A DNA stretch of 51,249 bases from Promethearchaeota archaeon Loki_b31 (GTDB lineage: Archaea > Asgardarchaeota > Lokiarchaeia > Sigyniarchaeales > SOKP01): the NCBI GenBank assembly GCA_005222975.1, contig NJBI01000021.1, positions 1 through 51,249 on the forward strand, in the 5' to 3' direction. Shown here piece after piece: positions 1-7,893 of the stretch (positions are counted from its first letter, which is position 1; the number at the start of each line of letters is the position of its first letter). The notes beneath the pieces were generated by a model. That model worked only from the letters and a program-made list of their open reading frames with translations. It searched no databases and was not told the DNA's origin. The position numbers and the translations under genes were made by a program.

Positions 1-1
1 T

Positions 2-274
2 GAAATAGAAAAGAATAGATTAAAATCCTTAACAGAAAGACTACAGGGTTTAGGTCCGATCCAATTAGAATTATTAGCAAATATTCGGGCTTTTAAAGAT
101 TATTTTTATAATCATTTGTGGGAACTTATGAACAGGTTTTTTGTTAATCGAGTGCGTAGCAAATTTTTTAAGCACATTTCGCAGAAATACAAAGAGTTAA
201 GGAAAGAGCACAAAGTTAAAGAATTTTGGATGGAAAAACAAAAGGAACTAATAAAAAAAAAAAACTATGAATGA
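2..274 (+). CDS. 3' end of hypothetical protein (truncated by window start)
   Basis: Open frame 2 from base 2 (EIEKNRLKSLTERLQG...KKNYE) to TGA 272-274, overlapping the ATG of the next ORF by 8 nt. Confidence 0.6.
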   Translation, partial: EIEKNRLKSLTERLQGLGPIQLELLANIRAFKDYFYNHLWELMNRFFVNRVRSKFFKHISQKYKELRKEHKVKEFWMEKQKELIKKKNYE

Positions 275-2987
275 CAATAATGAATTAAATTGTCGTAAGG
301 ATAAAAGATGTCATAGCAATTTAAATAATAATGAATTTGAGGATAGTTTTATAGCTTTAACTGATAAAAAAATAATGGATGCTGATAATAATTCCGAACC
401 TGTTGATACTTTTTACATCCAACTCGATAGAAAAATCATTTCAAACGAACTTATACAACGCGATGTTAAGGGCAGACAATTTTCGCATGGCGAACAATTC
501 TTCAATTTTTTATATCTTCCCGATAAAATGACAAGTTTTCCGACTGAAATTAAAAATCGTTTGGAGAAATATTTTGAGTATTTGCTAACTACCGAGGATC
601 AAACTCTTGGAATTTACAACACCGATTCAAAGGTTTTTTCATGCTCGGATTTCCAGATTAAATACCTCCAACGAGGTCATCTTAGGGACGTTTATTTTGA
701 ACTTATAGATGATGAATTTATTAAAGAAGTTTCTCTTGATTCTGATGATTTGCCCCCTTATTTCAAGAACTTGTTTAATAAAACGGAGATAATTGAGAGA
801 TATATGGTTGAAAGTGAAGAACTTAATAGAGATCGCCACGATAGGCTAGAGAAATTATTATTGAACGATCTTGATAATGTTTTTGCTATTGAGCCTCCCG
901 TCTTTAACAAATCCGTTTCAATTGCGGGGCATATCGACTTTCTCTCGTTTAGTTTTAGAACTGAAAGATTTCGCCTTCAAATTAGCGATTACAAACCTGT
1001 AGACGCAGGTAGAGAATATGAATTTGTTAAATCTTTACCACAACTTTGTATGTACGCTTTGCTTTTAAATAGAATATTAAATGTTACAGATTCAGATTTA
1101 TTAGAATGCGTAATGTTTAACAAACATAAAGCAATTATTTTTAAACCTAATTTAATTAAAGTTCTACCCGAAATATTAGCCCCACATTACAATTTAGCAA
1201 GATTTGGGCAAGATCCAATAGATTTCCTCGGAAATGTTCGAGATTACATGTATCTCGATTGGGTGCTTTTATCGGGTTTAGAATCTCTTTATCAACCGCC
1301 TATGAATCGATTTAATACTATTGAATTAGAATTATTAAACGCTTTAAATTTAGACCTAAACGGTGGTGTTAACGATATTGCCCTCAGCCTAAACAATATA
1401 GCTCTTTTCCTAAAAAATAATTTATCATCTATCACTCCAGAGCAATCCGATTGTCTTGATAGTATTTTAACTTCCGTACAAATTTTATTAAATCAATCTA
1501 TTAAACCAGATGATTTATTTTATGAATTTTTTACAACTTATGATTTTAATCCAGATATATGGGAAACCTCTTTACCATCATCGTGCCATTCAAATTTAAG
1601 AATACTTTTAAAAATTAATAAATTGAAAATTGTTTTCTTAAGACTAAAATTCAAAATTGCGGGATATCAGTATTATACACTCGTTGCCCTTTATTCTTTG
1701 GAAAGAGCAACTAACAGCCAATTAACGTTTACTTTAATAAATTCTTTTGGATTTTCGAATTTAATATCAGGTATTACTTTTAATTTTTTAGATTCTCTTA
1801 TTAAAAAAAAGTTTATTGAGAAATTTGATGACAAATTTTATATTTTAACTAAAAAAGGAAGATTATTACTTTTTAATTTAAATGTAAAAAAAGATTTAAA
1901 TGTCTTGTTTGAGCGAAATTACTTATTATTAAAAAAAAGGTTTTATGCTCTTGAGATTTTAAAATACCTATATATAAATCATCGAAACGATGCATTAACA
2001 AATGAAATTAAGTCCAATATTCGTTCTAATATTAAGGGAAAAAATAATAGTTGTCTTGATCAGAACACATTAGACATAAATATCGCCTTTTTGATTGATT
2101 ATCAATTTATAAATAAATTAGGTTATTGTAATCCTGTTGTTGATCTTATTTTCAACTGTGATAGAACTGATTTAAGAGTTATTCCCTCTGAAATAAAATT
2201 TCTTGACGATATTTTGATAGCAATTCATTCTATGGATTTTGCCCGATTTTCATATATTTTTGATTATATAAATTCCATTAATAATAAAAATTCTCCACCT
2301 AATATTCTTTCTCATTCTTTAGATAAATTACTTTCTAATAATTTTATAGAGAAGCAAAATTCTTTCTATTTTTTAACTAAAAAAGGTGTAGATTATTTTA
2401 TAGAAAAAGATCTTCAAAATAATAGTGAATTGAAGTTTTTTTATAACATTAAAGATTTTGAAGATTATTATAAATATACTCTTTCTATTTTGGTTATAAT
2501 TAAAAATTATAACTTAATATCTCTTGCAAAAATTCAGAGAAAAATTAAATCTCAAAACCTAACTTCAAAATATGGTATTGTAAGTAAAGCTGCTCTTTTG
2601 ATTAACTTAAAAGCATTAATTACCATGGAATATATCTCAAAGGGTTCTAACTATCCATATCAATATTATTTAACTGATTCAGGAAATGATTTATTTAAGA
2701 AATCTGAATTTACATCTCTTATCAAAGGTATTAAACTTGATGATGTTGTACCAACTTTAGAAGAAATTCAAAATTTGAGACCTAAAATTAATGTCATTTT
2801 AAAATTTATTTCCTCTATAGAGAAACCTTCTTATATTATTATTCTTAAATCTATGAAAAGTTTCAAAATTAAAGAAAGCGAATTTAATTCTTTAATTGGT
2901 TTTTTAAAACGATGCAATTTTATAGAATTTCAAAACCATCTTTATATTTTAACTGAAGAGGGTAAAGAATATTTAAATAATTATTGA
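267..2987 (+). CDS. PD-(D/E)xK nuclease-domain protein with multiple C-terminal winged-helix repeats
   Basis: Motifs AIEPPV, IAGHIDF, ISDYKP, QLCMYA (RecB/Cas4-like); repeated wHTH wing motifs YILTKKG, YFLTKKG, YYLTDSG, YILTEEG. Confidence 0.7.
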   Translation: MNDNNELNCRKDKRCHSNLNNNEFEDSFIALTDKKIMDADNNSEPVDTFYIQLDRKIISNELIQRDVKGRQFSHGEQFFNFLYLPDKMTSFPTEIKNRLEKYFEYLLTTEDQTLGIYNTDSKVFSCSDFQIKYLQRGHLRDVYFELIDDEFIKEVSLDSDDLPPYFKNLFNKTEIIERYMVESEELNRDRHDRLEKLLLNDLDNVFAIEPPVFNKSVSIAGHIDFLSFSFRTERFRLQISDYKPVDAGREYEFVKSLPQLCMYALLLNRILNVTDSDLLECVMFNKHKAIIFKPNLIKVLPEILAPHYNLARFGQDPIDFLGNVRDYMYLDWVLLSGLESLYQPPMNRFNTIELELLNALNLDLNGGVNDIALSLNNIALFLKNNLSSITPEQSDCLDSILTSVQILLNQSIKPDDLFYEFFTTYDFNPDIWETSLPSSCHSNLRILLKINKLKIVFLRLKFKIAGYQYYTLVALYSLERATNSQLTFTLINSFGFSNLISGITFNFLDSLIKKKFIEKFDDKFYILTKKGRLLLFNLNVKKDLNVLFERNYLLLKKRFYALEILKYLYINHRNDALTNEIKSNIRSNIKGKNNSCLDQNTLDINIAFLIDYQFINKLGYCNPVVDLIFNCDRTDLRVIPSEIKFLDDILIAIHSMDFARFSYIFDYINSINNKNSPPNILSHSLDKLLSNNFIEKQNSFYFLTKKGVDYFIEKDLQNNSELKFFYNIKDFEDYYKYTLSILVIIKNYNLISLAKIQRKIKSQNLTSKYGIVSKAALLINLKALITMEYISKGSNYPYQYYLTDSGNDLFKKSEFTSLIKGIKLDDVVPTLEEIQNLRPKINVILKFISSIEKPSYIIILKSMKSFKIKESEFNSLIGFLKRCNFIEFQNHLYILTEEGKEYLNNY

Positions 2988-3042
2988 GATATTATTTTTA
3001 AAAAAAGAAAAGTTGAATTTTTAGACTTTTAATATTTTTAAA

Positions 3043-3564
3043 TTAAATTTCAGATTTAATCAAACTGATTATATCATAACCTTCTAATTTGTCTCGACCA
3101 TGTAAACTACCTGTAAGCTCAATAACAAATGCAATCCCAGCTACGCTTCCACCTGCCTTTTCTATTAGATTGCAAGCTGCTTTTGCAGTTCCTCCAGTTG
3201 CTAATAAATCATCAAATAATAACACTTTTTCACCTTCTTCAACGGCATCCTTATGCATTTCAATAGTGTCAGTGCCATATTCAAGTTCATAAGTCTCACT
3301 AATCGTCTCAGCCGGTAACTTTCCTGGTTTTCGTATCAAAACGAATCCAGCATCCAATTTATACGCTAAAACGCCACCCCACACATAGCCTCTAGCTTCG
3401 ACAGCACAAACCTTCTTGATTCCTTTGTCTTTAAAATGATTTATTAGTCTGTCACATGACTCTTTAAAAGAAGCATGAACCTTACACAAAGTTGTGACAT
3501 CTTTAAATTGAATTCCTTTTACTGGAAAATCTGGGACATTCCTTATATAATCTTCTAAATTCAA
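3043..3564 (-). CDS. apt: Adenine phosphoribosyltransferase
   Basis: IRNVPDFPVKGIQFKDVT, EARG, RKPGKLP, YELEYG, PRPP motif DDLLATGGT. Confidence 0.95.
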   Translation of the reverse strand: MNLEDYIRNVPDFPVKGIQFKDVTTLCKVHASFKESCDRLINHFKDKGIKKVCAVEARGYVWGGVLAYKLDAGFVLIRKPGKLPAETISETYELEYGTDTIEMHKDAVEEGEKVLLFDDLLATGGTAKAACNLIEKAGGSVAGIAFVIELTGSLHGRDKLEGYDIISLIKSEI

Positions 3565-3794
3565 ACTCTTTCAATTCCTTTTATTGTTAGTTTTAAATAT
3601 ATTATTATTTAAATTAATTAAAAATTATATTTAATTGAATCATCCATGCAATTAAAATCTAATAAATCGTATAATAATTAGAAAAAATTAAATAAACATT
3701 AATTTATAAAAAATATATTAGACGATTAAATATATTTAATATTAAATCAATTAACGCTTTATTTTAAACAGTAAAAGATTAACGGTGATATAAA

Positions 3795-4748
3795 ATAAAA
3801 GTACTCCTATTTGGCCCTGGTGGTGCGGGTAAAACTTCATTAATGCGGACTACTTGTTTAGGTTATAATTTCATGAAAGTGCTTAATCTGAAACCTACAA
3901 AAGGAATCTCGAGGGAAAATTTTATATTTAGGGGAATAATGGAACTTTCCATCTGGGATTTAGGAGGCCAAGAACTTTATATGGAAAGACATTTCTCGGA
4001 AAATAAGCGAGAGCTTGTATTTTCTGAAGTATCAGCTGCAGTTTTCATGGTTGATTCGGCAGCAGAAGAACCAAAACTAGAAGATACTTTTGGTAAATTC
4101 TTGAAATACCTTTTTGAATTTAGTCCTGAAGTAGGAAATGTATATGTCTTAATAAATAAAACTGATCTTCAAGAATCAAAGGAAGATGACATTTATGAAC
4201 TGTTAATTAAAGATCTTACAGATGATTTAAAAAGTAAAATTGCTTTTACACCCGTATCAGTAAAAGAGGGAAGTGCTCAACATCGATTGATCGAAATACT
4301 CGATTTCAAAATTCAACAGAACACATTAGCTTTACAAAGACTTGGGAAAATACGCCATTTATTAGACCAATTGAAGATCAATACACATTCAGAATTTCTT
4401 TTGTTTAACCAACCAGATGGTTTATTAATAGCATCCACAATAGGAAAATTTGAAAGTCCAAGTTTACAATTTATCAAATTCGAGATTGGTAGCTTAGATT
4501 CTAATATTTATCAAATTTTTTCAAAGATCATGGAACTTTCAGATTCTTCGATTTCTCCTTTAGAATTATCAACTGTTATATATGAGAGCGAACATAACTA
4601 TATTTTAGTGAAGGAAGTTAGCAATGGAACGGTACTGATGGTTGTTACAAAAGAGAAAACTATCGGAACTTTTAATGCGGTGATGAACGACTTAAACGGC
4701 GAAGATTTCCAAAATTTGAAAAAATTCCTTAGTAGGGACGACTTTTAA
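3795..4748 (+). CDS. Rag/Gtr-like small GTPase with C-terminal roadblock domain (start moved upstream to ATA 3795)
   Basis: P-loop GPGGAGKTS lies in frame upstream of the track ATG (3843); G2 KPT, G3 WDLGGQ, G4 NKTD; C-terminal EFLLFNQPDGLLIAST...YILVKEVSNGTVLMVVT roadblock-like. Confidence 0.85.
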   Translation: MKVLLFGPGGAGKTSLMRTTCLGYNFMKVLNLKPTKGISRENFIFRGIMELSIWDLGGQELYMERHFSENKRELVFSEVSAAVFMVDSAAEEPKLEDTFGKFLKYLFEFSPEVGNVYVLINKTDLQESKEDDIYELLIKDLTDDLKSKIAFTPVSVKEGSAQHRLIEILDFKIQQNTLALQRLGKIRHLLDQLKINTHSEFLLFNQPDGLLIASTIGKFESPSLQFIKFEIGSLDSNIYQIFSKIMELSDSSISPLELSTVIYESEHNYILVKEVSNGTVLMVVTKEKTIGTFNAVMNDLNGEDFQNLKKFLSRDDF

Positions 4749-5769
4749 TTAATTCTAAATCAATTTTATTAGAAAATATTGTTCTATTAGAATGTTCTTC
4801 AATAATGGAAAACAAATAATTGTTTGTATTTTTAATTACAGGCGTTATAAACAATAATTCTTCTTCGGGAAGGCATTTTTCAACTTTTTCGTTTAATACC
4901 TCTTTTTCAAAAAATTCTTTAATGTAAGTAATTCGGATGATGAGATCGTTGAATTCTTTTTTACTGTTATTCTTTACTAAAACTTCTATTTCCTGAAAAT
5001 TGTTAATAATATTTATATTCGTTATTTTAAATTGATCTTTTATTCCTAATTTTTGTTGAACAACTCTATCATAATCAAATAATCGAATTTTAGAAAACGA
5101 TTCATTTTGAGCGTTTATAACAATATGGTCAATATCGATTCCTTTAAATGTTAAATAAGAAATTGCTTTTTGCAATTTGAAAGAGGTCGCATCAGTTTGT
5201 TTAATTACCGATGAAAAATATTCCTCACAAGTAAGGTTAATTATAGCTTTTATTTCTTCTTTTATTTGATCTCCTTTTTTTATCTTATTGATTAATTTCT
5301 CCGTTTTAATAACTTCTAGTTTCGCAATTTCTGACTCGATTACATGATAAAGCGTATTTTCAAATTTGTCGATTAATTTTTTCGTTAATAAATTTAATAC
5401 TTCTCCCCCAAAAATATCCAAATCTGTTGGTAACACAAGTATCAACACAACTATTTCACCCAATTTTTGAAAAGACCCTGCTCTTCTTTTAACCCTCTTA
5501 GATTCAATAATAAATTTCTTCGCAAAATACATTTGATTACAGTATTCTAAATCGATTCGGTTAATTGTAGTTTTTTCTTTAAGTTCTAAAAACCAAATTG
5601 GATGGTATCTTATAAGACGCATTTTTCCCGAATCATCATCTAGCGACTTTTCTGGACAAATAAGAAGTGGGACATGGCCTATAGTCTCATCAAAATAAAA
5701 CAAAAGAGCCTCACACAATTCACTAAATGGACACTCTTTATTGGTGTTATTTGAGAGATTTTCTTTCAA
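4729..5769 (-). CDS. Longin/uDENN-like N-terminal domain protein with C-terminal beta-sandwich
   Basis: N-terminal ALLFYFDETIGHVPLLICP resembles longin/uDENN beta1-beta2; C-terminal IEVLVKNNSKKEFNDLIIRITY is Ig-like; TTG start after GAGG. Confidence 0.5.
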   Translation of the reverse strand: MKENLSNNTNKECPFSELCEALLFYFDETIGHVPLLICPEKSLDDDSGKMRLIRYHPIWFLELKEKTTINRIDLEYCNQMYFAKKFIIESKRVKRRAGSFQKLGEIVVLILVLPTDLDIFGGEVLNLLTKKLIDKFENTLYHVIESEIAKLEVIKTEKLINKIKKGDQIKEEIKAIINLTCEEYFSSVIKQTDATSFKLQKAISYLTFKGIDIDHIVINAQNESFSKIRLFDYDRVVQQKLGIKDQFKITNINIINNFQEIEVLVKNNSKKEFNDLIIRITYIKEFFEKEVLNEKVEKCLPEEELLFITPVIKNTNNYLFSIIEEHSNRTIFSNKIDLELIKSRPY

Positions 5770-5827
5770 TTTAAATCATCCTCTTCTTCATTAATTCAAT
5801 TACGATTAATTTTTGTGATTTTTATTG

Positions 5828-7132
5828 TTAATGAGAAGCGCACGATATGCAAGGATCAAATGCTCTTATCATTATTTGAATTTTTTCTTTGACAGAATCG
5901 ATATCTTCTTTTTCATATAGCTTTTTAGCATATTCAGTGATCATTTTGTTAAGAATAGGCAAATTTATTTCGGTTGCAATGAAAAGTTTTACTTGATCAA
6001 CGATTTTAGCTTTATTTAAATGATAATGATGCATTAGTATACCTCTTGGTGCTTCGATAACCCCTATTCCATTTGATTTTTTTATTGAGTTTAGTTGTTT
6101 AAGTTTTGTTTTACTTTTTAGTGAAGTAGTATTTAATATTTCAACACTTTTTTGAATTTCGTAATAACTTTCAATTAATTGTAAAAAGTTTAAAAATAAT
6201 AAATTGCTTTTCCATTTTTTTCCAAAATTGCTTATATATTTGGATATTTTATCTATCCCATAATTTTGATTTAACTTATAGCGCGCTATTGGTCCTGTTA
6301 AAATCTCATTTTTCGAATTTGACTTAAATGTAATCCCATAAAGATTAGAGTCTTTATCAAGATATTTTGAATAATTTTTCGCTTGAAAATCGTCGTAAGT
6401 TGTTTCATTTTGTTCAATTCTGAGGTCTCCTTCATACCTATCAAACCCCATATTATTTTTTAAGCCGAAATATATAGGATTAGAAAGATTAAATTCTGTA
6501 GGAGGATCAAAAGCAGAAAATAAATCTATAAAATTTTCAATTATAGTTTCTATGTAATAAATTCCCTTTTTTAGATATTTCTCCGTAAAAATTAAACTTT
6601 TTCGAGTAGGACTAAATATTAATCCTCCAGGAATCGGAGTAATTGGATGTAGCGCCCTTCCTCCTATTAACTTATTTATTTCTGAACCAATTTTTATTAA
6701 ATTAAAGACATTTGTCGTTAAATGAGGATTGTAATTAATTAAATTATAAGGTTCGTTAATTGTAGTATTAATTTTAAATATTTTTAATAAATCTGGAAAG
6801 GATTGGAAAAAATAATGCATAATGTGCGATTTTGTTAATTCTCCGGATAATAAAAATCTTCTGAGCAAAATTGATTGGTGTGATGGTTCTATTCCGTATA
6901 TATCTTCTATTGCTTTGCAACTTGCAATTGTTTGAGATGCGTAGCACAGTCCACAAATTCTAGATACTATTTTTGGAATATCTAATAACTTTTTGCCTAC
7001 TAATATATTTTCAAATCCTCTAAATACTGAAAAGTTCAATTCAGTTTGATAAATTTCATCATTTTTTAAATAAATGATTAAGTTTCCACAACCTTCTACC
7101 CTTGTGCATGCTTCTACAACTTTATCCATCAA
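5828..7132 (-). CDS. mvhA: Group 3-type [NiFe]-hydrogenase large subunit (MvhA/HydA-like), no C-terminal extension
   Basis: TRVEG, RGFE, RICGLC, HPITPIPGG, GPIAR, EAPRG, terminal RAFDPCISCASH-stop. Confidence 0.85.
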   Translation of the reverse strand: MMDKVVEACTRVEGCGNLIIYLKNDEIYQTELNFSVFRGFENILVGKKLLDIPKIVSRICGLCYASQTIASCKAIEDIYGIEPSHQSILLRRFLLSGELTKSHIMHYFFQSFPDLLKIFKINTTINEPYNLINYNPHLTTNVFNLIKIGSEINKLIGGRALHPITPIPGGLIFSPTRKSLIFTEKYLKKGIYYIETIIENFIDLFSAFDPPTEFNLSNPIYFGLKNNMGFDRYEGDLRIEQNETTYDDFQAKNYSKYLDKDSNLYGITFKSNSKNEILTGPIARYKLNQNYGIDKISKYISNFGKKWKSNLLFLNFLQLIESYYEIQKSVEILNTTSLKSKTKLKQLNSIKKSNGIGVIEAPRGILMHHYHLNKAKIVDQVKLFIATEINLPILNKMITEYAKKLYEKEDIDSVKEKIQIMIRAFDPCISCASH

Positions 7133-7893
7133 ACCTTCCCTCCTACATGTGATTTTGAGAACCTATAATATATCCCTTTATATTTTCTTAAATCTTTAGA
7201 AAGGTTAAAAAGGCTTAAGAAATTGATTAAATTCGAGGTAAACCCCTTTGAAACAGGACCTAAACATCCTTCACAGGGTAATCCTTGATTTATACAGAGA
7301 TGATCGCAGCCCTCTCGAGTAACAGGACCTAAACATAAAATCCCATCGTTCAAAAAACACGATAAATTTTCTTCCGGAAAACGAATTTCATCGTTTCTTG
7401 GAACAATCTTTTCTATTGTTAATGGTAAATCTAATTTTGCGTGGTTTTTTAAAGGACAAGTAGAACACATATTTTTTAAGCTTAGCTTGATTTTTTTGTT
7501 CTCAACTAACCTCAATAAACAATTTCCTAAAAGTATGGACGGAGGAGGACATCCAGGTATAATACCATCAACTTCTACAAACTTTGAAATAGGATACGAT
7601 TCTTTTTTATTTGAGAGACTAAGGATCCCCCCAAATGCTGAGCATGTACCTAATGCATATAGTTTTTTTGCATTTTTTCGTATTTCTTGAAGATATTTAA
7701 TTTGATTCTTTTCGGATACACACCCCTCTATTAGCGCTACATCGCATTCTTTGATCTCTAAATTGTCAGATATAAATGGAAAATATTCGATCTTCGTTCT
7801 CTCAAGAAATTGTGGAAATATATCTAGCGATATTAATGCTGATATACATCCAGTACAAGATGTCAAAGAGGCAATTAAAAATTTAAGCCTCAC
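7129..7893 (-). CDS. mvhG: [NiFe]-hydrogenase small subunit (MvhG-like)
   Basis: SCTGC, EG, GTCSAFGG, PGCPP, CSTCP, CLGPVTREGC..C....LPCEGCLGP; 4-nt overlap with large subunit gene. Confidence 0.85.
   Translation of the reverse strand: MRLKFLIASLTSCTGCISALISLDIFPQFLERTKIEYFPFISDNLEIKECDVALIEGCVSEKNQIKYLQEIRKNAKKLYALGTCSAFGGILSLSNKKESYPISKFVEVDGIIPGCPPPSILLGNCLLRLVENKKIKLSLKNMCSTCPLKNHAKLDLPLTIEKIVPRNDEIRFPEENLSCFLNDGILCLGPVTREGCDHLCINQGLPCEGCLGPVSKGFTSNLINFLSLFNLSKDLRKYKGIYYRFSKSHVGGKV

Noticed and set aside
267-1200. Cas4 / CRISPR-Cas locus
   Set aside because: No Cas4 Fe-S cysteine cluster, no other cas genes and no repeat-spacer array in the window.
3781-3845. Second BHB intron explaining the missing GTPase start
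   Set aside because: No hairpin or bulge-helix-bulge pairing found; an ATA start is simpler.
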